This document shows positions 52,209-63,612 of a stretch of 64,000 bases of DNA, one piece after another. The notes under the pieces are model-generated. The model saw only the letters and a program-made list of their open reading frames with translations. It made no database searches and had not been told where the DNA came from. Where the stretch lies: contig CAVZLN010000004.1 in assembly GCA_963776245.1 (NCBI GenBank), forward strand, positions 275,449 through 339,448, given 5' to 3'. Source of the stretch: Candidatus Eiseniibacteriota bacterium (lineage in GTDB: Bacteria > Eisenbacteria > RBG-16-71-46). Each line of letters opens with the position of its first letter. The first letter of the stretch is position 1. Position numbers and translations under genes: made by a program.

Positions 52209-54050
52209 CTAGGCGATGGGGGCCGCCCCGTGCCCACCGGGTGAGGCACCCAGTCGCCGCCGCGCGTAGGCCGCGATGATGTCCCGGCGAGAGAGGATCC
52301 CAAGGAGCTGCCCGGGATTCGCGGGCTCCATGACGGGCAATTCCTCGACATCGAGTGCCATGAGCTTCTGCAGGGCCCGGTCGAGGTCATCTTCCGGCGA
52401 AAGGAACGAGCGGGGCTTCGTCGCCAAGTCGTGTGCGATGACCGGACCGCTCTCGTCCTTCTCATCCAGGAACTGTCGCACCTGGGCCAGAGTGATCAGC
52501 CCGGTCATGCGGCCCTGCGCGTCGACGACCGGGAAGCAGTGTTGCGACGAGGTCATGCAACTCTGGATGACGTCGCCCATGGACGCCGTCTCGCTGATCG
52601 TGTGCAGCGGACGTCCTCCCAGGACGTCGCCGACTTGAAGCGACTTGAGCAACCCCCCGAAGATGGCGCCCCGGTGAGCGGGTGAAGCCAGACGGCTCGT
52701 GACCTGGCTCCGATAGAGCGTCCAGCGCCGGGCGAGCAGGTAGGCGAGCGCACACACCCAAAGCGCGGGCAGGAGGAGTTGGTAGTTGCCCGTCATCTCC
52801 GAGACCATCACCAGCGTGGAGATGGGGGTGTTCGCGGCCGCAGCGAAGAAACCGGCCATGCCCACGGCGACATACGCGCCCGGCTGCGTCACCACGCCGG
52901 GCATCAGTTGGTGCGCCAGGAGCCCCACCGCGCCGCCGAGCGTGCCACCGATCACCATCGAGGGTCCGAAGACGCCACCCGAGCCACCCGAGCCGATCGA
53001 GCAGGCGGTCGTGAGCATCTTGCCGCCGGCGATCACGAGCAGGATGGCGAGCGGCAACTCACCGCGCAATGCGTGCTGGATCGAACCGTACCCGAACGAG
53101 AGCACGTCGAACGCCCGCGCGTCTCGCACACTGTAGTAGGCGAGCAGCGCGAGCCCGCCGGTGAGGAACCCGCCCACCATCGGCTTGAGGGCGCCCGGCA
53201 TCCTCAGACGAGCGAACAGTTCGTGGGTGCCATAGAACACCTTCACGAACAGACCCGACGCCAGCGCCACGGCGACGGCGAGAAAGGTGTAGGGCACCAA
53301 CTCGGTCGCCGAACGGAAGGTGAAGAGGGGAGTGTCGAACAGCGCGCCGAACCCGAACTTCAGGGAGAAGACGCAGTACGCGATGATCGTCGAGATCGCG
53401 GCCGGAATGATCACGTCGGACTCGAACTCCGGGTCGGAGTACAGCACCTCGGCGGCGAACAACGCGCCGGCGAGGGGCGCACGGAAGATGCTCCCCACGC
53501 CGGCGCCGACCCCGGCGGCGAGCAGGATGCGCCGGTCGCGCTCGTCGAGGCCGAGCCGTGTTGCCAGGAACGAGCCGAAGCCAGCACCGATCTGGGCGAT
53601 CGGGCCCTCCCGGCCTCCGGAGCCTCCGGAGCCCAGCGTGAGTGCCGAGGCGATCGTCTTGATGATGGGCACGCGACCCCGGATGATGCCGGCCCGCCGA
53701 TGGAACGCGTCCACCGCCTCATCGGTGCCGTGCCCCGCCGCCTCGGGAGCGAAGCGCTGCACGAGCAGGCCGGTGAGCAACCCCCCAGCGCCCGCCACCA
53801 GTGGGAGCATCCACGGATGGAAAGGTGAATGCGTGGGAGCGAGCAGGGCCATCTCGCCGGCCGGGCCCTCCATGCGCAGTCCCGCGAGCCTGTCGAGGAA
53901 GAAGTGCGAACCGTACTGGCAGAGGTACTGGAAGACGATCGCACCCAGTCCAGCCACGGCGCCTACGAGCGAACTCAATGCGACCGTGCGGCCGACCGAG
54001 TGCAGCTCGAATTGCCGTGCTTCGCGGGCGATCATTCGTATCGGACTCAC
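52209..54050 (-). CDS. ClC chloride channel/antiporter with CBS pair
   Basis: GHGTD, GGSGGREGP, GGSGGVFGP, SEMTG; C-terminal CBS domains. Confidence 0.95.
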   Translation of the reverse strand: MSPIRMIAREARQFELHSVGRTVALSSLVGAVAGLGAIVFQYLCQYGSHFFLDRLAGLRMEGPAGEMALLAPTHSPFHPWMLPLVAGAGGLLTGLLVQRFAPEAAGHGTDEAVDAFHRRAGIIRGRVPIIKTIASALTLGSGGSGGREGPIAQIGAGFGSFLATRLGLDERDRRILLAAGVGAGVGSIFRAPLAGALFAAEVLYSDPEFESDVIIPAAISTIIAYCVFSLKFGFGALFDTPLFTFRSATELVPYTFLAVAVALASGLFVKVFYGTHELFARLRMPGALKPMVGGFLTGGLALLAYYSVRDARAFDVLSFGYGSIQHALRGELPLAILLVIAGGKMLTTACSIGSGGSGGVFGPSMVIGGTLGGAVGLLAHQLMPGVVTQPGAYVAVGMAGFFAAAANTPISTLVMVSEMTGNYQLLLPALWVCALAYLLARRWTLYRSQVTSRLASPAHRGAIFGGLLKSLQVGDVLGGRPLHTISETASMGDVIQSCMTSSQHCFPVVDAQGRMTGLITLAQVRQFLDEKDESGPVIAHDLATKPRSFLSPEDDLDRALQKLMALDVEELPVMEPANPGQLLGILSRRDIIAAYARRRLGASPGGHGAAPIA

Positions 54051-54112
54051 GGTGTCCCTTCCGATGACGGGAGTCTCGTACCGCTCCGGGAGACTGGCCG
54101 GCAGGACATCGG

Positions 54113-54530
54113 CTACGCAGCGGACGTGTGATCCGCCTGGCGCAACAGGTGTCCGAAGATCGCGAGGTAGTCGCGAACCTCTCGCGGATGCAGGAAGTTA
54201 TCACGGACGTGCTCACGGCCCTCGCTCCCGAGCCGGCGGCGGAGTGCGGCATCCCTCAGCAGCCGCACGATCTGCAGCGCGCACCCCTCGACCGAGCGCA
54301 CGAGCATGCCGGTCCGCTCGTGGATCACCTGGAGCGGGATGCCGCCGACCGCGCTGGCCACGACGGCGCGGCGCTTCCACCTGGTCGCCCCAGACTGCCG
54401 CAGGTCCTGGGCCAGACATGCGTCGGCCATGCCGCCCGCGCCCGGACAGTTGTGGGCGGCGCCTGGTCTCGCCGGGCCCCCCTCGTCGGGCGGCTAGATC
54501 AGGAGGGAGGTCGACAGCGACCTCGTCCAT
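54113..54530 (-). pseudogene. degraded GT4 glycosyltransferase (TreT trehalose synthase-like) remnant
   Basis: WKRRAVVASAVGGIPLQV...GREHVRDNFL..REVRDYL is a TreT-like C-terminus; most of the gene is missing. Confidence 0.7.
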
Positions 54531-54715
54531 ACTTGGCGTTAGCTTGTGTGATCGCGCCGATCACCACGCCCACGACCGCCCCCGCTTCGCTCCTTCGGTA
54601 GTCCGATTGCTTTCGCTGCGGTCAAGAGCGTTGTGCCATCATGTGAATCATGGCCCGAGCACAATCGGCTCGTCCGGTGGTCGCGTGTCACGGTGAACGG
54701 GGGGCCCGCGGTTGA

Positions 54716-56359
<1,644 letters not shown>

Positions 56360-56463
56360 GTCGCGATGCGGCGTGGTGACAGGAGCGCCGAATCTCCGGA
56401 ACTGTGGATCTTCAGGCAGGTCCCGCACGCCCGGGTCGCGTTCCCGGCGTACCTGAAGGAGAC

Positions 56464-57231
56464 ATGGCGATGCCCACGCAACAGAGGGTTCTCCTGGTCG
56501 GCGGCACCGGACGCACCGGCCGGCACGTGTTGCACCAGCTCCTCGAGCGCGGCGTCAGAGTCCGCGCCATCGTTCGATCCGATGGGAAGATCGCACCCGA
56601 GGCCGCGGGGAATCCCAACCTCAGCGTGAGCCAGGCCAGCCTGCTGTCGCTCTCCGACGAGCACCTGCAGCGCCACCTCCGCGGCTGCGATGCCGTCATC
56701 TCGTGTCTCGGTCACGTCCTCAACCTCACGGGCATCTTCGGGCCCCCGCGAGACCTCGTCACCCGGGCGACATCGCGGCTCTGCCGGGGGATCGAGGGGT
56801 TGCGGCCCGCGGCTCCGACCAAGTTCATCCTCATGACCAGCGTCTCGGTCGATCGCGCAGGGGGCCTCGATACGCGCCGGAGCCCCCTCGAGAAGGCGCT
56901 TCTCCACGCGCTCTGCGCCGTGGTCCCCCCGGCCCGGGACAACCAGCGCGCCGCGGACTTCCTTCAGGGGACGATCGAGGCGACCAACCCGTTCGTGCAG
57001 TGGGCCGTGGTCCGACCGGACTCGCTCCTCCCCGGTGAGGTCTCGGGGTACACGTTGCACGAGGGCCTGGTGAGCAGCCTGTTCGCTCCCGACAGCACGA
57101 ACATGGCGAACGTCGCGCACTTCATGTGCGAACTGGTGACCAACCCGGGGACGTGGGCGGACTGGAGGGGCAAGCTCCCCGTGATCGTCAACGCGGCGGC
57201 GGCGAGCGAGGCGACATCCCGGCCCGCCTGA
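56464..57231 (+). CDS. NAD(P)-binding oxidoreductase (atypical SDR)
   Basis: VLLVGGTGRTG, DAVISCLG, WAVVRP, NVAHFM. Confidence 0.88.
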   Translation: MAMPTQQRVLLVGGTGRTGRHVLHQLLERGVRVRAIVRSDGKIAPEAAGNPNLSVSQASLLSLSDEHLQRHLRGCDAVISCLGHVLNLTGIFGPPRDLVTRATSRLCRGIEGLRPAAPTKFILMTSVSVDRAGGLDTRRSPLEKALLHALCAVVPPARDNQRAADFLQGTIEATNPFVQWAVVRPDSLLPGEVSGYTLHEGLVSSLFAPDSTNMANVAHFMCELVTNPGTWADWRGKLPVIVNAAAASEATSRPA

Positions 57232-57392
57232 GCGATCGCAGCTCGGCCAACTCTGCGGCGGTGATGCCGCGGGGCGAATGGTGTAGTTCCAGTCCCCGTG
57301 AAAGCGATGGGGCGGGTCCCCAACGTCGGCTCAATGAGCATGGTGAGGTCGTCCGGGACTTAGAACTCAAAGCTCGGAACACGGAGACTCAA

Positions 57393-57974
57393 ATGAGAAA
57401 GCTCAAGATCATCGAACACATCTCGCTGGACGGCGTGATCCAGGTCTCCGGCGAAGACGGCGACTTCCCCTACGGCGACTGGACCGCGCCCTATCGGACC
57501 CCCGCTGGCCGGGACGCAATCATGGCCGCGCACGGCGAGAGCTTCGATCTGCTGCTTGGCCGGCGCACCTACGATGCCTGGTCGGGCTGGTGGCCAAAGG
57601 CGCCGAGCAGTCCGCTGGCGGACCGCCTCAATGCGGCAACGAAATTCGTCGCTACCCACCGTCCGGAAGGTCTTGAATGGGGCCCGTCCGAGGGCCTTGG
57701 ACCGGACATCGTCGAAGGCATTCGCCGCGTCAAATCGCAGGGGGGCAAGGACCTCATCCTCTCGGGTAGCTGCACGCTGACATCGATGCTGCTCGAACAT
57801 GGGCTTGCGGATGAAGTCGTGCTGGCCGTGTATCCGGCCCTGTTGGGAACCGGGAAGCGCTTCCTTGTGGAGGGAACCCCGGCACGCGCATTTGAGCTCA
57901 TCAGCACGAACCCAATGCCGTCCGGCATCATCCTCAGTACATACAAGGCCGCCGGGCCCCTGAAGACCGGATAG
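57393..57974 (+). CDS. dihydrofolate reductase/RibD C-terminal family protein
   Basis: ISLDGVIQ, LLLGRRTY, LSGS, LADE, LLGTGKR. Confidence 0.9.
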   Translation: MRKLKIIEHISLDGVIQVSGEDGDFPYGDWTAPYRTPAGRDAIMAAHGESFDLLLGRRTYDAWSGWWPKAPSSPLADRLNAATKFVATHRPEGLEWGPSEGLGPDIVEGIRRVKSQGGKDLILSGSCTLTSMLLEHGLADEVVLAVYPALLGTGKRFLVEGTPARAFELISTNPMPSGIILSTYKAAGPLKTG

Positions 57975-58045
57975 TTCGACGACGCGACATCATCAGTGGA
58001 TACCGAAACACCGTGGCTGATGACCGAGAAAGGGAGCACAGGTAC

Positions 58046-58522
58046 ATGAAGCCGAAGAACACGATCTGTCTCTGGTTCGACAAGAACGCGCATGAAGCCG
58101 CGCGCTTCTACGCCGCCACCTTTCCGGATTCCAAGGTGACCGCCGTTCACAAGGCGCCGGGTGACTATCCGGACGGCAAGGCGGGCGACGAACTGACGGT
58201 GGAGTTCACCGTCGTGGGGATCCCCTGTCTCGGCCTCAATGGCGGCCCGGCGTTCCAGCACAGCGAGGCGGTTTCCTTCCAGATCGCTACCGACAACCAG
58301 GAAGAGACGGACCGCTACTGGAACGCGATCGTCAGCAATGGCGGCCAGGAAAGTGCGTGCGGTTGGTGCAAGGACCGGTGGGGCCTCTCATGGCAGATCA
58401 CTCCGCGCGCGCTCACCGATGGGATGGCGGCGGGTGGCGCCGAGGCAAAGCGTGTCTTCGCGGCGATGATGACGATGAAGAAGATCGACATCGCCACCAT
58501 CGAGGCCGCGCGGCGGGGCTGA
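58046..58522 (+). CDS. VOC family protein (PhnB-like)
   Basis: CLWF, LNGGP, SFQI, CGWCKDRWGLSWQI, MKKIDIA. Confidence 0.92.
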   Translation: MKPKNTICLWFDKNAHEAARFYAATFPDSKVTAVHKAPGDYPDGKAGDELTVEFTVVGIPCLGLNGGPAFQHSEAVSFQIATDNQEETDRYWNAIVSNGGQESACGWCKDRWGLSWQITPRALTDGMAAGGAEAKRVFAAMMTMKKIDIATIEAARRG

Positions 58523-58530
58523 GAGGGGAG

Positions 58531-58565
58531 TAAGACGTCACGGGCAAGATGAGCCCGACCACCGA
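58531..58565 (+). repeat. 35-bp exact copy of the cassette junction/left-arm start
   Basis: TAAGACGTCACGGGCAAGATGAGCCCGACCACCGA is identical to 61076-61110. Confidence 0.9.
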
Positions 58566-58607
58566 CGCCGCCGCGGGAGACGATGCTGGTGGGAACGCCG
58601 GCGACAC

Positions 58608-59510
58608 CTACGGTGTCGCGACGCGCGCTCGGTCCAGCTTGAAGGAGATCGTCACCGGCGCCCGGTTCTTGGTGGCGGTGCCCGTACAGGAGAGCATCAG
58701 CCCCCCGATGAGATGGTCGCGTTGCAGGTAGGAGGAGATCGTGGCTGTCGAGCCGCAGGTGATCGCCTCGGCAGCGATGACGGGGCCATCGAGCCGCCCG
58801 CTGAACGTGTAGCCGGTCCGCATCCTGAGCGCCCGCCCAAACCAGCTCTGATTCGGTATGAGCTTGCCCTCGAGGAAGCGCGCGTCGCCCATGATCCCCT
58901 CCGCCATGCCGTTCGCATCCACCGCGAGCCTCACGGGCAGCTTCCGCTGCCGGACCCACGCGTTCGCGACCCGGGCCTCTCCCTGCCAGCCCCCCACCAG
59001 CCCCGCCGGAACCGCGACATGGCGCGGTGCCATCAACGGTGGGCTCATGAAGATCTCGTTGCTCGCGAGGCCCAGGAACACGGCCACGACCAGGCTGACC
59101 GTAAGGGCGATCCGGTGCGAGGCACGCTTCCCGGTGACCGCGAGGGGCGGGGATGCCTGGTGTCGCTCGAGCCATGCACAGGCGAGTCGCAACAGACCCG
59201 TGAATGGCAGCACCGCGAAATACGGGTTCAAGGTGGATCTCGGCAGGAGCACAGCTTGCAGCAGGAACCCCACCAGCACCATCAGCCCGCCCGGCGTCTC
59301 CTTGCGGAACGCGACCAGCAGCCCGATCAGTTGGACGGCCAGTGACGCGAAGAAGAGGATCTCTTGCGGCTTGAGGTTGGGCGTCTGCCCTTGCATGACC
59401 TCGCCGCCCATCATGACGGCGAAGAAGAAGAGGATCAGGACGCTCAGGATGTGTGCGACCCAGCGAACCAGTGTGACCAGACGAGGGTGCACCTGCAGGG
59501 AGGGTGACAT
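58608..59510 (-). CDS. hypothetical membrane protein (cassette cargo)
   Basis: GGAGG RBS, about five TM helices, then a soluble beta domain. Confidence 0.75.
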   Translation of the reverse strand: MSPSLQVHPRLVTLVRWVAHILSVLILFFFAVMMGGEVMQGQTPNLKPQEILFFASLAVQLIGLLVAFRKETPGGLMVLVGFLLQAVLLPRSTLNPYFAVLPFTGLLRLACAWLERHQASPPLAVTGKRASHRIALTVSLVVAVFLGLASNEIFMSPPLMAPRHVAVPAGLVGGWQGEARVANAWVRQRKLPVRLAVDANGMAEGIMGDARFLEGKLIPNQSWFGRALRMRTGYTFSGRLDGPVIAAEAITCGSTATISSYLQRDHLIGGLMLSCTGTATKNRAPVTISFKLDRARVATP

Positions 59511-59757
59511 TGGGCCTCCTGCACAGACGAGTGTGGCGACTCGACGAGTGCCGCGTGCGAAGGCATCAGCACGCTACGGCGGCAACCGCGGAATCCACAC
59601 CTTGCGATGCGGTCCCGTCGTCAGGGCTGCCGCGACCACGAGGCGAGACGATACGCCTCAACCCGCCATGTGCAAGCGCGCCCCGAACAGCGGTCTGATG
59701 CACCGCGTGCTTGCTTGATCTCATCCCCGAGCGAAGTGCGCTATCTTCTTGTGCCAC

Positions 59758-59796
59758 GGCCCCGTAGCTCAGACGGATAGAGCAGCGGTTTCCTAA
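59758..59796 (+). repeat. 5' half of tRNA-Arg(CCT) (att-like fragment)
   Basis: 39/39 identical to 63757-63795; ends at anticodon loop TTCCTAA. Confidence 0.95.
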
Positions 59797-59843
59797 GACG
59801 TTCAGCGCAAAATGAGCCTGTCCACCGAAGTCGTTGTCACGCA

Positions 59844-59879
59844 AAGCCCCGCTTGCGGTTGCCGCCGCGAGCGGGGCTT
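59844..59879 (+). terminator. GC-rich hairpin in left arm (terminator-like)
   Basis: AAGCCCCGCTTGCGG-TTGCCG-CCGCGAGCGGGGCTT. Confidence 0.6.
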
Positions 59880-60020
59880 CGTCATGTGGTCAGGAGAGGA
59901 CAGGAGGGGACAAGAGTGAACTTTGAAGCGGCGACCAATCGGCGACCAATTTCGTGGTGGAGACGAGTTGGCGACCAACTGCGCGGCGCGGCCCGGCGCG
60001 CCGTCACGAGCCCCGGCCGC

Positions 60021-60845
60021 TCAGGGCGCGCAGGCTCCGCCCACGAGTTCGTAGCCGAACTCGTACGACGAAGGCGCCAGCACGACGCCGCGCGCGAGCG
60101 GGTGCGAGCCGCGCAGCCGCCACGACGAACCCGCCGAGCAGTCCTGCACGCGATGCCCGGCGAACGCGATGCGGACGATGCTCGTGATCCCGGAGCCGGC
60201 CGGCGGGAACAATACCTGCGTGCCCGCGGACGCGTCTCCGCCCTCGACGGGCCCGGCGGGCAGGCAGTCGGCGGCGACGTCGAGCCCGTCGGCGTGCACG
60301 GAACCCCGCCAGTGGCCACGCGTGTCCCGCGCCAGCTCCGCGCGGCCGTACGTGGCGTAGTGGCCCTTGCCGCGCATGAACTGGACGAACGCGCGGTCGG
60401 GCAGCCAGAACTCGAGCATCACATACGGCAGCCCGGGCCCGAGATCTACCGCACTGTCGGCCGGCGCGACTCGCGCGAACCACAGCGCCGCGGCGCCCTG
60501 CGCTGGCCACGCGGGGGAGCGCCCGTCGAGCGTGAACGTGCCGGCCTGCACGATCTCGAGAAACGAAACGCCCCAGCCGCGCCGGTGCGGATGCTCGGCG
60601 AGTTGCTCCGCCGCCCAACGCACGCCTCCCGCGGCGAGTTCACCGATCGTGACGAATCGCAGCTCGCCCGGCAGCCGATCGCGTACGGTGGCGGTGTCGA
60701 AGGCGACCCACGCGACGATCTCGTGTGGATCGCGGATGACCCAGTGCGTGCGCGCGCCCTCGGGAACGGCCAACTCGCGCGCGGTGGCTGCGCGGCCACC
60801 TGCAACCAGCGCGGCGATCGCGAGTGCCAGCAGCAGGGTCTTCAT
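60021..60845 (-). CDS. hypothetical exported protein (cassette cargo)
   Basis: GAGGAG RBS, MKTLLLALAIAAL signal peptide, Trp/Gly-rich beta body. Confidence 0.75.
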   Translation of the reverse strand: MKTLLLALAIAALVAGGRAATARELAVPEGARTHWVIRDPHEIVAWVAFDTATVRDRLPGELRFVTIGELAAGGVRWAAEQLAEHPHRRGWGVSFLEIVQAGTFTLDGRSPAWPAQGAAALWFARVAPADSAVDLGPGLPYVMLEFWLPDRAFVQFMRGKGHYATYGRAELARDTRGHWRGSVHADGLDVAADCLPAGPVEGGDASAGTQVLFPPAGSGITSIVRIAFAGHRVQDCSAGSSWRLRGSHPLARGVVLAPSSYEFGYELVGGACAP

Positions 60846-61039
60846 GGGCTCCTCGGGGCGGGAAGGTGCTGGGCGCGCAGCCGACCACCGCGCGCATGGT
60901 AGCTCCCGGTCGCGCGTCCGCAAACTGGCCTTGCCCTAGGTGCGCAGTGAGACATGCGGTCCGATGGACCGCGACCCCGCTAGATAGCGAGACCTCTTGA
61001 TTTGCCCGCTGAGCAATGTGCGCTATCGTGCTGCCGCGT

Positions 61040-61078
61040 GGCCCCGTAGCTCAGACGGATGGAGCAGCGGTTTCCTAA
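61040..61078 (+). repeat. 5' half of tRNA-Arg(CCT) (att-like fragment)
   Basis: 38/39 identical to the intact tRNA; ends at TTCCTAA. Confidence 0.95.
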
Positions 61079-61127
61079 GACGTCACGGGCAAGATGAGCC
61101 CGACCACCGAAGTCATTGTCACGCAAT

Positions 61128-61159
61128 GCCCCGCTTGCGGTTGCCGCCGCGAGCGGGGC
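61128..61159 (+). terminator. GC-rich hairpin in left arm (terminator-like)
   Basis: GCCCCGCTTGCGG-TTGCCG-CCGCGAGCGGGGC followed by TTCGTCTT. Confidence 0.6.
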
Positions 61160-61332
61160 TTCGTCTTGTGGTCAGAAGGGGACAGGAAGGGACAGGAGTG
61201 GACTCTGAACAGGCGACCAATCGGCGACCAGAATCAGGGCAACTATCGCGGGCCCGGCTGCCCGCTCGGGCCGGCGCGCCCCACGGGTCCGCGTGCTAGA
61301 TTGACTAGGCAAATCGACTCGGAGGTCGCCTC

Positions 61333-63612
61333 TTGTCCGAACTGCCCCCACGCCTGCAGGACGCCCTCGCCGACCGCTACAGGATCGAGCGGACGCTCGG
61401 CCGGGGCGGCATGGCCACCGTGTTCCTCGCCGAGGACCTCAAGCATCACCGCCGGGTCGCCATCAAGGTCCTCGATCCCGAGGTCGGCGCCGCCATCGGG
61501 CCCGAGCGGTTCCTGCGGGAGATCGAGACGGTCGCGCGGCTCACGCACCCGCACATCCTGCCACTCTTCGATTCCGGGCAGGCCGACGGATTGCTCTTCT
61601 ACGCCATGCCCTACGTCGAGGGCGAGTCGCTGCGCGACCGACTGGCCCGCGAGAAGCAGTTGCCCATCGACGACGCGCTGCGCATCGCCCGCGAGGTGGC
61701 CGATGCGCTGAGCTATGCCCACAGCCGCGGGGTTGTCCATCGGGACATCAAACCGGAGAACATCCTCCTGCAAAGCGCGCATGCGGTCGTGGCGGATTTC
61801 GGCATCGCCCGCGCGGCCACAGTGACGGGCGGCGAGCATCTGACGGCGACCGGGATCACGGTGGGCACCCCGGCCTACATGAGTCCGGAGCAGGCGAGCG
61901 GAGGTCGCGAGTTGGACGGCCGCTCGGACCTCTACAGCCTGGGCTGCGTGCTCTACGAGATGCTGGCGGGAATGCCGCCGTTCATGGGAACCACTGCCGA
62001 GAGCCTGGCGCACCAGCACCTGAACCTGGCGCCGCGGCCGGTGACAGAGTTGCGGCCGGCGGTGCCAGCGGCGGTGGCGGCCGCGCTGCAGCGGGCGCTG
62101 GCCAAGGTTCCGGCGGACCGGTTCGCGACGGGGGCCGCGTTCGCGGACGCCGCTGGCTTGTCGGGCGATGCCACCAACGATCGCTCCCAACGCCTCGAGG
62201 TGAGACCCGAGTCGGCCCGAAAGGGCCCGCCCTCGGTGGCCGTCCTGCCCTTTGTGGACATGAGTCCCGCGAAGGATCAGGAGTACCTCGGCGACGGGAT
62301 CGCCGAGGAGCTGATCAATGCCCTGGTGCGTGTCCGAGACCTGCGCGTCGTCGCTCGGACCTCGGCGTTCGCCTTCAAGGGCGCGAAGGTGGATGTCAGG
62401 GAGATCGGCCACAAGCTCGGCGTCGATACTGTACTCGAAGGCAGCGTGCGGACGTCCAGTAACCGACTCCGGGTCACGGCGCAGCTCATCAGCGTCGCGG
62501 ACGGATTTCACCTCTGGTCGGAACGATTCGACCGCGAACTGGTCGACGTCTTCGCGATCCAGGACGAGATCTCTCTGGCGCTCGTCGCAAAGCTCAAGGG
62601 AGAGTTGTTGGCGGGGGAAGAGGCGGCGCTGCGGCGCCGCTCAACGGCCGACCACGAAGCCTACAATCTCTACCTGAAGGGGCTGCAGTTCCTTTACCGG
62701 CCCGACCCCGAGTCGCTTGCCAGGGCGCTGAGCTTCTTCGGGGACGCTGTCGCGAGGGATCCGCACTTCGCGCTTGCCCATGCGGGGATTGGCACTGCAT
62801 ACGCGAATCTGGGCATTCTGAATCTGGCGCCGTCGGCCCACGTGTTGCCCAAGGCGACGGCGGCGCTGCAGCGGGCGCGCGAGCTCGACCCCGACCTCGC
62901 CGATGCCCAACTGGGCTCTGCCACACTGGCCTTCTGGTATGCGTGGGACTGGGAGGAGGCCGAGCGGAGCATGGAGCGCTCGCTCGCTCTCAACCCCGGG
63001 AATGCCGTCGCCTACGGGTTGCGGGCCTGGCTGCGCTTGAGCCAGCGTCGGTTCGACGACGCGATCCGCGACATCGATGTGGCGCTCTCGTTGGACCCGC
63101 TCAAGCCGATCTTCTACGCGTGGTCCGTCGGGCTCCGAGTGGCCGCCGGCAGACTGGATGAAGCCCTGACCGAGTTCGCAAGGGCCATGGAGATCGACCC
63201 GCGCCTCGGCCTGGCCTACTTCCACGCGGGAGTGGCCTACGTCAAGAAGGGCCTCTTCGCCGAGGCGACCCTCGCGCTCGAGAGGGCGAGAGAACTGGCC
63301 GTTGCTCCCGGCTGGGCGGAAGGCCTCATCGGGCTGGTCTGTCTGAAGCGGGGCGACACGGAGCGCGCCTCCCGGATACTCCTCGAGATGGTTGAGGCCA
63401 AGAAGACGAGCAACGTATCGCCTACGGCGATCGCCTGGCTGGCCGCGGCGCTCGGAAGGTACGACGAGGTGTTCGCCCATTTCGAACAGGCCTTCGAGGA
63501 ACGGGACACGTTGATGGTCTTTCTCCACGTCTACACGGAGATCTTCAGTTCGCAGTTGTGCTTCGACCCGCGATACGAGGCCATGCTGAAGAGAATGCGC
63601 ATCACACGATGA
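61333..63612 (+). CDS. Ser/Thr kinase-TolB-N-TPR protein (cassette cargo)
   Basis: GGAGG plus TTG start; LGRGGMATV, HRDIKPEN, DFG, YMSPE, SVAVLPF, TPRs. Confidence 0.93.
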   Translation: MSELPPRLQDALADRYRIERTLGRGGMATVFLAEDLKHHRRVAIKVLDPEVGAAIGPERFLREIETVARLTHPHILPLFDSGQADGLLFYAMPYVEGESLRDRLAREKQLPIDDALRIAREVADALSYAHSRGVVHRDIKPENILLQSAHAVVADFGIARAATVTGGEHLTATGITVGTPAYMSPEQASGGRELDGRSDLYSLGCVLYEMLAGMPPFMGTTAESLAHQHLNLAPRPVTELRPAVPAAVAAALQRALAKVPADRFATGAAFADAAGLSGDATNDRSQRLEVRPESARKGPPSVAVLPFVDMSPAKDQEYLGDGIAEELINALVRVRDLRVVARTSAFAFKGAKVDVREIGHKLGVDTVLEGSVRTSSNRLRVTAQLISVADGFHLWSERFDRELVDVFAIQDEISLALVAKLKGELLAGEEAALRRRSTADHEAYNLYLKGLQFLYRPDPESLARALSFFGDAVARDPHFALAHAGIGTAYANLGILNLAPSAHVLPKATAALQRARELDPDLADAQLGSATLAFWYAWDWEEAERSMERSLALNPGNAVAYGLRAWLRLSQRRFDDAIRDIDVALSLDPLKPIFYAWSVGLRVAAGRLDEALTEFARAMEIDPRLGLAYFHAGVAYVKKGLFAEATLALERARELAVAPGWAEGLIGLVCLKRGDTERASRILLEMVEAKKTSNVSPTAIAWLAAALGRYDEVFAHFEQAFEERDTLMVFLHVYTEIFSSQLCFDPRYEAMLKRMRITR

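Larger units (their letters stand above)
58534..59796 (+). mobile_element. putative tRNA-Arg-targeted cassette 1 (~1.26 kb, truncated left arm)
   Basis: Left-arm start at 58534; ends in promoter plus tRNA-Arg 5' half; one cargo gene, no integrase. Confidence 0.65.
59797..61078 (+). mobile_element. putative tRNA-Arg-targeted cassette 2 (1282 bp)
   Basis: Full ~152-bp left arm, one cargo gene, promoter plus tRNA 5' half. Confidence 0.75.

Noticed and set aside
59566..59844. Minus-strand ORF containing LGNRCSIRLSY
   Set aside because: Antisense translation of the tRNA-Arg fragment.
59812..59919. Small ORF in the arm (MSLSTEVVVTQSPACGCRRERGF..., with ATG also at 61094 and 58549)
   Set aside because: Differences between copies are mostly non-synonymous and the stop is not conserved; conservation is better explained by DNA/RNA structure.
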